A stretch of DNA of 64,000 nucleotides, taken from positions 2,560,001 to 2,624,000 of the forward strand of contig OY729431.1 in assembly GCA_963422395.1 (NCBI GenBank), given 5' to 3'. Below, piece by piece: positions 33,659 through 43,164 of the stretch. The notes beneath the pieces are model-generated. The model searched no databases, was not told the origin of the DNA, and was given only the letters and a program-made list of their open reading frames with translations. This DNA comes from Vicinamibacteria bacterium. GTDB lineage: Bacteria > Acidobacteriota > Vicinamibacteria > Marinacidobacterales > Marinacidobacteraceae. Every line of letters starts with the position of its first letter. The stretch's first letter is position 1. The position numbers and the translations under genes were made by a program.

Positions 33659-34744
33659 TCATCGCAGCTTCACCGTGGTGAGCGCTGCGAGCGCACATCC
33701 GACGGCCAGGATCCAGAATCGGATGCTCACCTGGGCTTCCGACCAGCCGGAGAGTTCGAAGTGGTGATGGAGCGGGGCCATCCGCAAGAGCCGCCGCCCG
33801 GTGAGCTGGAACCAGGAGACCTGCGCCATCACCGAGGCGGTCTCGAGCACGAATACGCCGCCGACGAACACCAGCAGCAGTTCCTGCCGGATCAGGATCG
33901 CCTGGATGCCGATGGCGGCCCCGAGCGCGAGCGATCCCACATCGCCCATGAAGATCCGCGCCGGATGGGCGTTGAACCACAAGAACCCCAGTGCCGCTCC
34001 GACGACGGCGGCGCCGAAGATCGTCAGTTCGGAGACCCCGGGAACATTCAGGATGTCGAGGTACTCGGCGAACACCGCATGGCCGGAGAGGTAGGTGAGC
34101 GCGGTGTACACCGTGGCGGCCACCAGCACGCAGCCGGTGGCGAGGCCGTCCACGCCGTCGGTGAGGTTCACCGCGTTCGAGGAGGCGACGAGCACCAGCA
34201 TGACCGCAGGGACCAGCAGGAAGGAGAGTTCGGGCTGGATCTCCTTCCAGAACGGAAAGACCACCCGGGTGGTGAACGACCCGTCCGCGGAGTACCACAG
34301 CAGGAACCCGCCGACAGCGAGGCCGAGCAGCAACTGGCCGACGAACTTGGACCACGCGCTCAAACCGACACCGCCGCCGCGGCGGAGCTTTCGCAGGTCG
34401 TCGAAGACGCCGAGAACGCCGTAGCCGAACATCGTTCCGACCGCCACCCAGACGAGGACATTCCCCGGATTCGCCCAGAGCAGGGTGGAGACGATCACCA
34501 CTCCCACGATGAGGATCCCTCCCATCGTCGGGGTGCCCGCCTTGGCCCGGTGCCGGGGTGGGGCGTAGGCCAGGATCTGTTCCCCGATGCGCAGCTTTTC
34601 CAGACGCGCGATCAGGAACGGCCCGAGGCCGAGGCTCAGCCCGATCGCGGTGACTGCGGCGCCGGCGGTGCGCACCGACACATAGCGGAAGACATCGAAG
34701 GCGGGGATCCCGTCCGCGAACGAGTGGAGGAACTCGGCGAGCAT
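33659..34744 (-). CDS. mraY: Phospho-N-acetylmuramoyl-pentapeptide transferase
   Basis: KAGTPTMGG, NAVNLTDGVDGLA, IFMGDVGSLALG, MAPLHHHFE. ATG 34744. Confidence 0.97.
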   Translation of the reverse strand: MLAEFLHSFADGIPAFDVFRYVSVRTAGAAVTAIGLSLGLGPFLIARLEKLRIGEQILAYAPPRHRAKAGTPTMGGILIVGVVIVSTLLWANPGNVLVWVAVGTMFGYGVLGVFDDLRKLRRGGGVGLSAWSKFVGQLLLGLAVGGFLLWYSADGSFTTRVVFPFWKEIQPELSFLLVPAVMLVLVASSNAVNLTDGVDGLATGCVLVAATVYTALTYLSGHAVFAEYLDILNVPGVSELTIFGAAVVGAALGFLWFNAHPARIFMGDVGSLALGAAIGIQAILIRQELLLVFVGGVFVLETASVMAQVSWFQLTGRRLLRMAPLHHHFELSGWSEAQVSIRFWILAVGCALAALTTVKLR

Positions 34745-36126
34745 CAGGCGTCTCCAGCCGGTGGCGGGCGAAGCTCCCGCAGGGCGCGGTCGAGTTCGAC
34801 GGCGCGGGAAGCCTTGAAGAGGACGAGATCGCCCGAGCGCAGCTCCTCTCCAAGCAGCGCGGCGGCCTGCTCCGGCCCTTCGGCGAACCGGACTCCGGCG
34901 CCGAGCGAAGCGGCGGCCTCGGCGAACACCCGCCCGAGCGCCCCCACTCCGACCACCAGGTCGAGGTGCCGGTTTCCGGGGAAAACACCGCACTCGCGGT
35001 GGAGCCGCCCGGCCTCCTCCCCGAGTTCGCACATGTCTCCGATGACCGCGATGCGCCGCTCGGCCGGTTCGCGGACGAACTCGCCGAGAACCGCCCGGAG
35101 CGCCCGCGGACTCGAGTTGTAGGTCTCGTCCACCGCGGCCGCCCCGCCGACCAGCGGGACTCTCCGTCCCCGTCCGGGAAGCGGCGCGAGGCCGGCGACG
35201 GCGGCGGCGGCGGCGGCGAGCGGCACTTCGAGCACCGCGGCCGCCGCGAGTCCGGCGAGCACATTGCCCGCGTTGTGACGGCCGCGGAGCCCGCAGGAAA
35301 CCGCTACCGGCGGTCCGCCGAAGGCGCGCACCGTGAAGGAGAGGCCGGCGGGGCGGGGTGCGTAGCCGGAGCCCTGCACATCCGCTCCGGCGGTGAAACC
35401 GCAGGTCACCCGCCGTCCCGGAAAGCGATGCGCCTGAGCCCGGACCCGGTCGTCGTCGGCGTTCACCACCGCGGTCGCCGCCGCCGGCAGCGCCTCGAAG
35501 AGCTCGCCCTTCGCCTCGGCGATCTCGTCGAGCGAGGCGAAGGATTCGAGGTGCGCTTCGGCGATCGTGGTCAGCACCCCGCAGTCGGGGACCGCGATCC
35601 GGGTCAGCTCCCGGATCTCTCCGCGCGCGGACATCCCCAGTTCCACCACGCCGACCGACTCGTCCTCGCGAGCGAGCAGCGAGAGCGGCAGCCCCCAGTG
35701 GTTGTTGCGGTTCCCCGGCGAGCGGAACACGGAGCAGGTGGAGCCGATGGCCGCTGCGGCCGCCTCCTTGGTGGTGGTCTTGCCGAGGCTTCCGCTGATC
35801 GCCACGATCCGGGCGCCGCTTTCGAGCCGTTGGCGGCGGGCGAGCGCGCCGAGCGCGCGGGTCGGGTCGGCCACCCGGATCAGGAAACCCTCTTCGGGAA
35901 CGCCTTCCGGCGGCCCGTGGCCGCTCGCCACCACCGCTCCGGCGGCGCCCGCCCGAAACGCGCCGGCGAGGAATGCGTGGCCGTCGTGGCGAGCGCCCCG
36001 GACAGCGAAGAAGAGATCCCCGGGAACGACGGTGCGGCTGTCGATCGAAACCCCGGTCACCACCGACGCTGCGCCCTCGATCTCGCCTTCCATGGCGTGC
36101 GCGGCGGCAGCCCCGTCGAGCCTCAT
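34744..36126 (-). CDS. murF: UDP-MurNAc-tripeptide-D-Ala-D-Ala ligase
   Basis: SIDSR, SGSLGKTTTKE, NNHWGLP, ELGMS, DETYNSSP, GDMCELG, KASRA. Confidence 0.95.
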   Translation of the reverse strand: MRLDGAAAAHAMEGEIEGAASVVTGVSIDSRTVVPGDLFFAVRGARHDGHAFLAGAFRAGAAGAVVASGHGPPEGVPEEGFLIRVADPTRALGALARRQRLESGARIVAISGSLGKTTTKEAAAAAIGSTCSVFRSPGNRNNHWGLPLSLLAREDESVGVVELGMSARGEIRELTRIAVPDCGVLTTIAEAHLESFASLDEIAEAKGELFEALPAAATAVVNADDDRVRAQAHRFPGRRVTCGFTAGADVQGSGYAPRPAGLSFTVRAFGGPPVAVSCGLRGRHNAGNVLAGLAAAAVLEVPLAAAAAAVAGLAPLPGRGRRVPLVGGAAAVDETYNSSPRALRAVLGEFVREPAERRIAVIGDMCELGEEAGRLHRECGVFPGNRHLDLVVGVGALGRVFAEAAASLGAGVRFAEGPEQAAALLGEELRSGDLVLFKASRAVELDRALRELRPPPAGDA

Positions 36127-37766
36127 GCCGCGGGACCCCTCCCGGCCCGCTGCCGGAGCGCGGCGCGGGCCAGGACGCGATCGTCGAGCGGGGTCCGCCC
36201 ACCGCCGCTCTCCTGATGGGTTTCGTGTCCGCGCCCGGCGAGGAGCACGAGTTCGCCCGGCGCCGCCGACTCCACCGTCCGGGAAATGGCGGCCCGGCGA
36301 TCGGGTTCGACCCCGACCTCGGCGTCGAGCGCCGGATCGTCCGTCCCCTGGCGGATGTCGGCGATGATCGCCTCCGGATCCTCGCTGCGCGGATTGTCCG
36401 AGGTGAGCAGCACGCGGTCGGCGAGCCGGGCGGCTACAGCTCCCATCAGCGCCCGCTTGGGACGATCCCGGCCGCCGCCGCAGCCGAAGACGACGGTGAG
36501 CCGATGCGCGCCGGCGAGGCCGCGCGCCGCGGCGAGCGCCCGCGCCAGCGCGTCCGGGGTGTGGGCGTAGTCCACGAGGACCGCCGGCTGGAACTCCGGG
36601 CCGGCACCGCTCCTCTCCGGTGCGATCCGCTCCATCCGCCCCGGAGGGCCGCCGGCTTCGCTAAGCGCCGCGGCAGCGGCGGAGCCGGGGACGCCGAGCG
36701 CTGCGGCCGCCGCCCAGGCCGCCGCGAGATTCTCCGCGTTGTAACCACCGAGCAGCGGGCTCGTGATCTCGTGGGCGCCGGTGGGCGTCTCGAGGCGCAC
36801 CCGGATTCCGTCGAGGCCGGAGCGGACCAGCGCCTGCCGGACCGTCGCCTGCGAGCTGTACCCGTAGCTGCAGAGGTTCCGGTCGAGGTGCGCCGCCGCG
36901 AGTTCGGCCGCCAGGCGCTCCCCGAACGGATCCTTCACCGGAAGGACCGCAGCGCCGCCGGAACGGAGAAGTTCGGTGAACAGGCGGCGTTTCGCCTGGA
37001 AATACGCCTCCAGGCCGGGGTGGAAGTCGAGGTGGTCGCGGGTCAGGTTCGTGAACACCGCAACCTCGAACGAGGTTCCGTCGAGGCGGCCCTGGGCGAG
37101 GCCGTGGGAGGAACATTCCACCGCACCGAAGCCGCAGTCGGCGGCGCATGCCTCGGCGAGGAATGCCTGGAAGTCCGGAGCTTCCCGGGTGGTGAGCGAG
37201 GGACCGGCGGGGGCGCGCTCCTCCTTCCCGATCCGTATCCGGTGCCCGACGGTACCGCAGAGAAAGCTCGCCCCCCGGGTGCGCTGCAGCACCTCGGCGA
37301 GGAGCCAGGCCACCGTCGTCTTCCCGTTCGTGCCGGTGACTCCGGCGAGCCGCAGACGGCGGGAAGGCTGTCGGTGGAAGGCCGCCGCTACCGGCCCGGC
37401 GGCTCGGCGGGTATCCGGCACCTGGACCTCGGGAAGGAGCGGAACCGGGGAACGCCGTTCCACGAGGGCGGCCGCAGCACCCGCCGCCGCGGCCGCGGGC
37501 AGGAAGTCGTGGCCGTCGAAACGCTGACCCCGAATCGCCACGAAGAGGCTGCCCGCGCGAACCCGGCGGGAATCGCTCGTTACCTGGGACACCCTCATCA
37601 GGCCAAGCGCTTCGGGAGCCGGCTCCGCTCCGGTTCCCGCGAGCAAATCGGCGAGCCGTCGGCCGCTGGCGGAAGGGACCTCGTGACTCGGCAGCCCGGG
37701 AATGGAGTAGCGCGAGTGCCGCGAGCCGATCCCTGGGACTCGCCCCCCGGCCAACGAGGGATTCAC
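36123..37766 (-). CDS. murE: UDP-MurNAc-dipeptide-meso-DAP ligase
   Basis: GVTGTNGKTT, ECSSHGL, TNLTRDHLDFH, VDYAHTPDAL, FGCGGGRD, DNPR (DAP specificity). GTG 37766 overlaps the ftsI stop. Confidence 0.95.
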   Translation of the reverse strand: MNPSLAGGRVPGIGSRHSRYSIPGLPSHEVPSASGRRLADLLAGTGAEPAPEALGLMRVSQVTSDSRRVRAGSLFVAIRGQRFDGHDFLPAAAAAGAAAALVERRSPVPLLPEVQVPDTRRAAGPVAAAFHRQPSRRLRLAGVTGTNGKTTVAWLLAEVLQRTRGASFLCGTVGHRIRIGKEERAPAGPSLTTREAPDFQAFLAEACAADCGFGAVECSSHGLAQGRLDGTSFEVAVFTNLTRDHLDFHPGLEAYFQAKRRLFTELLRSGGAAVLPVKDPFGERLAAELAAAHLDRNLCSYGYSSQATVRQALVRSGLDGIRVRLETPTGAHEITSPLLGGYNAENLAAAWAAAAALGVPGSAAAAALSEAGGPPGRMERIAPERSGAGPEFQPAVLVDYAHTPDALARALAAARGLAGAHRLTVVFGCGGGRDRPKRALMGAVAARLADRVLLTSDNPRSEDPEAIIADIRQGTDDPALDAEVGVEPDRRAAISRTVESAAPGELVLLAGRGHETHQESGGGRTPLDDRVLARAALRQRAGRGPAA

Positions 37767-39859
37767 TGCTCGGGATCCCGGGCCGGTTGCGCGGCCCCTC
37801 CCGCTGAACCCCTCCGGAGGGCGAGAGCCGCCCGGTCGCGCGCCGGGAGGGGGCGAACCGGGCTTCGCGGCTTTCGGTCCGGCGGCGCACCGACGCGGTC
37901 TGCGGCCGGGATCCACTGCGGACACCCGACAGTTCCGAGACGGCCGCCAGGCCCGAAACAGTCACCCGCCCCGAAACGCTCGCCGGAGGCGGCCAGCCGC
38001 AGGGTCCCGCTCCCCACCTCCCGGTACCGCCGAAGGACCCGGGCGGCGATCCGGGAGAAGACGCGGGCCGCGTTCGCCCCACTGTGGTTCGGACGCCGGG
38101 TATCGAGGATCACGACCCCGGTGAAGAGCGGCTCGGCGACGGGAGCGAACCCGGCGAAGGAGGCGATGTAGTCGGTGGGCGAGTAGCCCCCGTGCGACGC
38201 CTTCTGCGCGGTTCCGGTCTTGCCGGCGATCCGGAATCCCTCCACTCCGGCCGCTCTCCCGGTTCCCTGCTCCACCACTCCGGCGAGGATGGCCCGGAGC
38301 CGGGCGGCGGTCCGCCGGGTCACCACCCGCCGGGGCTCTTCGAAGGGCGCCGGTTCGCCGCCCACACGCCGGATCAGCCGGAGGGGCGCGAGCACCCCGT
38401 CGTTCGCGATCGCGTTCACCCCCTGCACCAGCTGCACCGGAGTCACGGCGATTCCCTGGCCGAAGGACACCGTGGCGAGCCGGATCGGCCGCCAGGGGCC
38501 TGCGGGAGGAACGAGCCCCCGGCTCTCGCCGCCGAGGGGAAGCCCGGTGGTCTCGCCGAAACCGAACGAGCGGATGTACGCCCGGAGAGTGCCCGCTCCG
38601 AGCCGGGAGGCGACCTGCAGGGTCCCGATGTTGGATGAGTGCTGGATCACTCCGGCGAAGTCGAGCGGGCCGAGCGGCTTCCAGTCTCGGACGAACCGGG
38701 ACCCGACGCGGTAGCGGCCGCCGAAGGTCGAGAACCGCTCGGTCTCTTCGGTCACGCCCTCTTCGAGGGCCGCGGCGGCGGTGAAGATCTTGAACACCGA
38801 ACCCGGTTCGTAGGGATCGGTGATCGTCCGGTTGACCAGAGCCGCCGCCGGAAAATCACGGATCCGGTTCGGGTCGAACGAAGGGGCGCTGGCCATCGCC
38901 AGCACCTCGCCGGTAGCGGGCTCGACGAGGAGCACCGCTCCCGAGGCCGCCGAGGTCTCCGCGATCCCGCGGGCCAATTCGTCCTCCGCGACTGCCTGGA
39001 TATCGGAGTCCAGGGTCAGTTCCAGGTCCGCTCCGGGGCGCGGCTCCCGCACCACCCGGCCGCCGCGCCCGGTGCGCCTGCCGTCGGTCCAGACCGTGCG
39101 CCGTCCGGGCTCGCCGCGGATCACCGCATCGAGGGCGTGTTCGATGCCGCCGAGGCCGTCACCGTCCACGCCGACATGGCCTACCAGTGGGGCCGCCAGC
39201 GGGCCGCCCGGATAGAAGCGCCCGTATTCCTCGAGGGTGCTGATCGGCAGGCCGGTCGCCTTCGCGCAGGCGACTTCGGCTGGCGAGGCCTTCCGCTTGA
39301 GCCAGGAGAACCGCGAATCGCGCCGCAAACGGGTCTCCACCAGACCTCGCGAGACCTCGAGGCAGTCGGCGAGCCGCGCTGCGGCCGCGGAGATGTCGAG
39401 CGTTCGGTAATCCGGCGGGACCACGTACACCGAATCCCTGGCGATGGTGAGCGCCAGCGGGCGCCCGCGGCGGTCGTGGATCGTTCCCCGGAACGGCGGG
39501 ATGGTCAGCTGGTATCGGTGCTGGGCGTTCGCTCGCCCCGCCATCACCTCGTGCTGGAAGACCTGGGTCTGGACCAGCCGCCCGAAGACCAGCGCGCTCC
39601 AGACGGCGAGAAGACCCGCTCCGACCATCACCCGGCGCCGCACCTGGGGAAGGCGCGGGGTCCGATCGGGCTCTCTCGGGCCGCTGCGGACGGTCGGGGG
39701 GGGCGGCGGGAAGCGCGGCGGGACGGCCCGGGGGGGCCTCCGGCCGGACGACCGGTCCGTCCGGCGGCGGCGGCGCGGCGGTGCCGGGCGCGCTCCGGAA
39801 CCGGGCGGCGGGGATGGAAGGAGACCCGGAAAGAGGGTGGGGGGCCGGGGGTCGGTCAT
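37763..39859 (-). CDS. ftsI: Class B penicillin-binding protein (PBP3)
   Basis: RGTIHDR, GLGGIE, YEPGSVFK (SxxK), SSNIG (SxN), AGKTGTAQK. Confidence 0.95.
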   Translation of the reverse strand: MTDPRPPTLFPGLLPSPPPGSGARPAPPRRRRRTDRSSGRRPPRAVPPRFPPPPPTVRSGPREPDRTPRLPQVRRRVMVGAGLLAVWSALVFGRLVQTQVFQHEVMAGRANAQHRYQLTIPPFRGTIHDRRGRPLALTIARDSVYVVPPDYRTLDISAAAARLADCLEVSRGLVETRLRRDSRFSWLKRKASPAEVACAKATGLPISTLEEYGRFYPGGPLAAPLVGHVGVDGDGLGGIEHALDAVIRGEPGRRTVWTDGRRTGRGGRVVREPRPGADLELTLDSDIQAVAEDELARGIAETSAASGAVLLVEPATGEVLAMASAPSFDPNRIRDFPAAALVNRTITDPYEPGSVFKIFTAAAALEEGVTEETERFSTFGGRYRVGSRFVRDWKPLGPLDFAGVIQHSSNIGTLQVASRLGAGTLRAYIRSFGFGETTGLPLGGESRGLVPPAGPWRPIRLATVSFGQGIAVTPVQLVQGVNAIANDGVLAPLRLIRRVGGEPAPFEEPRRVVTRRTAARLRAILAGVVEQGTGRAAGVEGFRIAGKTGTAQKASHGGYSPTDYIASFAGFAPVAEPLFTGVVILDTRRPNHSGANAARVFSRIAARVLRRYREVGSGTLRLAASGERFGAGDCFGPGGRLGTVGCPQWIPAADRVGAPPDRKPRSPVRPLPARDRAALALRRGSAGGAAQPARDPEQ

Positions 39860-40287
39860 CGTTCGCCGGCACCGCTCCCGGAGGAAGCGCCGCCCCCGGG
39901 AGAATCGGCCGGGGGCGTATCGGAGCCGGGGGGAGGAGCCGCGCCCGCGCCGGTAACCTCCAGCACCACGAATTCTTCGGGCGGTTCGAGGCCGTGGGAT
40001 TCGCGCCCGGCGCGCTCCACCCGCCGCGGGTCGGTGAGCTGGCTCCACTCGAGGCGGTAGCGCTGGATGTCCTTTTCGAGCCGGTCCCGCTCCAGGCGGA
40101 GCTGCTCCACGCGGTATCCGAGCCGGACCGCTTCGAGTCGGGGCCAGGCCGCCAGGACGAGGGCGGCGAGCAGAACCAGGGCCACGGCGCAATAGCGCAA
40201 CAACAGGAGGTAGCGCGCCCGGTCCAGCTTGCGGTGCAGCCAGCGGCCGTCGGGGCGGTAGGCGAGATCGAAGCGTCCGGCGCTCAT
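39856..40287 (-). CDS. ftsL: Cell division protein FtsL
   Basis: TM helix plus leucine-zipper coiled coil, L.DP.RVE; between rsmH and ftsI. Confidence 0.82.
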   Translation of the reverse strand: MSAGRFDLAYRPDGRWLHRKLDRARYLLLLRYCAVALVLLAALVLAAWPRLEAVRLGYRVEQLRLERDRLEKDIQRYRLEWSQLTDPRRVERAGRESHGLEPPEEFVVLEVTGAGAAPPPGSDTPPADSPGGGASSGSGAGER

Positions 40288-41297
40288 CCTTCCCCTCCCT
40301 CCTCGCCGCCGCCGCCGACCCGCCGCAGGATCCGGAGCCGGGCGCTTCGGGACCGGCGGTTCTCGCGGCGTTCCGCTTCGCCGGGGCGGACCGGCCGCCG
40401 GACTCCGAGCTCGAACGCCGACTCGCCCGCCAGTGCGCGGAAACGGTGTTTCACCGGACGGTCCTCGACCGAGTGATACGCGATGACCGCCAGGATCCCG
40501 GGGGCGCGAAGCCGGGCGGGCGCCTGATCGAGCGCCGTCTCGAGTGCCTGCGGCTCACCGTTCACCGCCGACCGGACCGCCAGGAAGGTGCGGGTCGCCG
40601 GATCGAGCCGTCCCCTGCGGGGGCCCATCGCCGCGATCACCGCGCGGCGAAGGTCGCCGGTCGTCGCCAGCGGGCGGCGGTTCACGATCCGCCGGGCGAT
40701 GGCGCGCGAGCGGCGTTCGCCCATGGCGAACAGCAGGTCGGCGATCTCCCCTTCGTCGAGGCGGTCCAGGAGAGCCGCAGCGGTCTCCCCGGAGCAGGGG
40801 TCGAAGCGCATGTCCAGCGGGCCGTCGCTGCGGAGCGAGAAGCCGCGCTCCGGGGTTTCGAGCTGCGGGCTCGAAAGGCCCAGATCGAGCACGATGCCAT
40901 CCACCCGATCCCAGCCGGCCCGGTCGAGGGCGGCGGCGAGATCCCCGAAGTCCGCCGCCAGGAAACGAAACCGGGGTTCGGCGGCGGCGAGCGCCCGGGC
41001 CGCCGGCGCAGCGGCCGGGTCCTTGTCGAGGCCCAGCACCTCGGCACCGGACGCCGCCCGCAGGATCGCTTCGGTATGGCCGCCCCGTCCGAAGGTGCCG
41101 TCGAGGTATCGGCCCCCCGGGCGCGGAGCGAGGAAGCGGACGACTTCGTCCCGCAGTACCGGCAGGTGGGCCGGCAGTCGGGTCGGCAAAGGAGTCGAAA
41201 GGGGCGCTTCGGGAAGCATCGTTGCCGGGGAGGGCGAGGCGGTGGGGAGCTGAGGGAAACGCCGATCGGGCGGATGCGGGGAGGAGAGGGGAATCAC
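40284..41297 (-). CDS. rsmH: 16S rRNA m4C1402 methyltransferase
   Basis: HLPVL, DGTFGRGGH, DLGLSSPQL, RGFS..DGPLDMR, YHSVEDR, NRRSRSARLR. True start may be ATG 41219. Confidence 0.96.
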   Translation of the reverse strand: MIPLSSPHPPDRRFPQLPTASPSPATMLPEAPLSTPLPTRLPAHLPVLRDEVVRFLAPRPGGRYLDGTFGRGGHTEAILRAASGAEVLGLDKDPAAAPAARALAAAEPRFRFLAADFGDLAAALDRAGWDRVDGIVLDLGLSSPQLETPERGFSLRSDGPLDMRFDPCSGETAAALLDRLDEGEIADLLFAMGERRSRAIARRIVNRRPLATTGDLRRAVIAAMGPRRGRLDPATRTFLAVRSAVNGEPQALETALDQAPARLRAPGILAVIAYHSVEDRPVKHRFRALAGESAFELGVRRPVRPGEAERRENRRSRSARLRILRRVGGGGEEGGEG

Positions 41298-41806
41298 CGC
41301 GTCGGCAGTCCGGGATCGGTGAGGGGTTCGGGAAGGGAGGGGTCGGGATCAGTTCCCCCCGGCTGTACCAGAGCCAGGTCCTCGTCGGTGAGCGGGTCGT
41401 CGGTGATCCGGGAGAACAGGATTTCGTGGTTCCACACTTCGAGGTGGCGGGTGAGTCCGAGGACATCCACCTTTCCGACGGTGTTCGCCAGACTCCGCAG
41501 GTTCTGGGGAAGGAGGAGCCGGTGCTGGGCGTCGAGGTCGGCTTTTTGCCCGTAGAAGGCCGTGATCCGCGAGAACCTTTGGCGCGTCGGATGGAGTTCC
41601 CCCAGCCTTCGCACCCGGGATTCGATGTCTTCCCAGACCGGCAGCGGGTAGATCGCGGCGCACCGGCCGTCGAGACTGGTGACGAAGACGCTGGTTCCGA
41701 GCCGTCTCAGGGTTCCCAGGAACGCGGCCGGAACCTTCAGCCTCCCCTTGGCGTCCACGGTGGCCGGGTGGTTGCCGCGGAATCTGGGATCGGTAGTGCC
41801 GGGCAT
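41294..41806 (-). CDS. mraZ: Division/cell wall cluster repressor MraZ
   Basis: FRGNHPATVDAKGRLKVP and LDAQHRLLLP repeats, LEVWN. Confidence 0.95.
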   Translation of the reverse strand: MPGTTDPRFRGNHPATVDAKGRLKVPAAFLGTLRRLGTSVFVTSLDGRCAAIYPLPVWEDIESRVRRLGELHPTRQRFSRITAFYGQKADLDAQHRLLLPQNLRSLANTVGKVDVLGLTRHLEVWNHEILFSRITDDPLTDEDLALVQPGGTDPDPSLPEPLTDPGLPTR

Positions 41807-41890
41807 CGGTAGGGGGTCCCCTCCCGTACTGCCTCGGAACCGCAGTGTCGAACCGATGAGCGAAAGAGAGAAAGAGTCAATCTATTCTTA

Positions 41891-41914
41891 CCACTTTTGG
41901 CCACAAATTACCAC
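41891..41914 (-). promoter_or_regulatory. MraZ binding boxes in the dcw promoter
   Basis: Three GTGG direct repeats on the minus strand (CCAC at 41891, 41901, 41911) with exact 10-nt period in an AT-rich patch upstream of mraZ, matching known MraZ operators. Confidence 0.8.
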
Positions 41915-41994
41915 CATCGCTACCGACACCCGGAAAGGGGAGACGGCAGCTTCAGCCCCAGCAGCGCCTCATGCCGGCGCCTCGCGGAAACGCG

Positions 41995-43059
41995 TCAGCC
42001 CCGTTGGAACCGGATCACCAGCACCTCCCCGTCCTTGACCGGATAGTCCCTGCCCTCGAGCCGGAGAGCTCCGCGCTTCCGGGCGGCGTCCCATGAGCCG
42101 CACGCCACCAGGGTGTCGTACGGGACGATCTCGGCGCGGATGAAGCCGCGCTCCATATCGGAGTGGATGACTCCGGCAGCTTCCTGCGCCCGCGTGTTAC
42201 GGCGGATCAGCCAGGCGCGCGACTCGGTGTCCCCGGCGGTATAGAAGGTGGCGCGGTCCATCAGGGCGAAGATGGCCCGGACGACGCGCCGGGCGGCGCC
42301 TGCATCGACTCCCAGGTCCCGGCGGAAGGCTGCCGCATCCTCCTCCGGGAGTTCTCCGATTTCCGCTTCGATCCGGGCCGATACGACCGCGAGCCTCGTT
42401 TCGGGCCGGCCGGCAGGAGTTTCGAACCCCGGCCAGCTCGCGGGGTCCCTGCCGGCTTCGGTCTCGCCGGCATTCACGACGACCAGTTGCGGCTTGGCGC
42501 TCATCAGCCCGTAGCCGGCCAGCCGCTTCCGCTCGGCAGCCGAGAGCGCCTCTCGCAGGGGGACCTCCGCCTCCACCGATTTTCGGGTTCGATCCAGCAG
42601 CTCGCGTTCCCCCCGAACCGCCTCCGGTTTGCCGCGCGCGCGGTCGCGGTCCAGGCGGGCGATCCGCTTTTCGAGAACCGCGAGGTCCGCAACCAGCAGC
42701 TCCAACTCCAGGTTCGCGGCATCCCGGGCCGGATCTACCGAATCGAAGGGCGAGGGGACGGTCGGATCCTCGAACGCGCGCACCACATGGACGATCGCGT
42801 CCACCTCGCGGAGGGCGGCCAGATTTTCCGTCTGTCCGCCGGCTCCGCGCCGGAGAGCGGGAAGGAGCACCACCTCGACGGTGGCGGGAGTGGTCTTCCT
42901 CGACTGGTGCAGGCGCGCCAAGGTCTCCAGCCGTTCGTCGGGGACCGACAGCACCCCCCGCCTCGCGCCGGCCGCGAAGCCGGCGTCAGCGATCCGGGTC
43001 AGGAGCGTGAAGAGGGTCTTCTTGCCGGAAGCGGCGAAGCCAACGATTCCGGCGCGCAC
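41995..43059 (-). CDS. ychF: YchF/Obg-like ATPase family protein with degenerate G motifs
   Basis: VPDERL, DAIVHVVRAF, ELLVADL, AGVIHSDMERGFIRAE, RLEGRDYPVKDGEV (YchF C-terminal domain). Confidence 0.85.
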   Translation of the reverse strand: MRAGIVGFAASGKKTLFTLLTRIADAGFAAGARRGVLSVPDERLETLARLHQSRKTTPATVEVVLLPALRRGAGGQTENLAALREVDAIVHVVRAFEDPTVPSPFDSVDPARDAANLELELLVADLAVLEKRIARLDRDRARGKPEAVRGERELLDRTRKSVEAEVPLREALSAAERKRLAGYGLMSAKPQLVVVNAGETEAGRDPASWPGFETPAGRPETRLAVVSARIEAEIGELPEEDAAAFRRDLGVDAGAARRVVRAIFALMDRATFYTAGDTESRAWLIRRNTRAQEAAGVIHSDMERGFIRAEIVPYDTLVACGSWDAARKRGALRLEGRDYPVKDGEVLVIRFQRG

Positions 43060-43164
43060 AGAACGGGCATCCTACCTACCGGCCCGAATGGGCGCGGCAG
43101 GCTCCGATCCCCTGGACCGCGCTCCCGGAAGCACCACGGAAACAGCAAGCTGGAAGCGCAGTCC

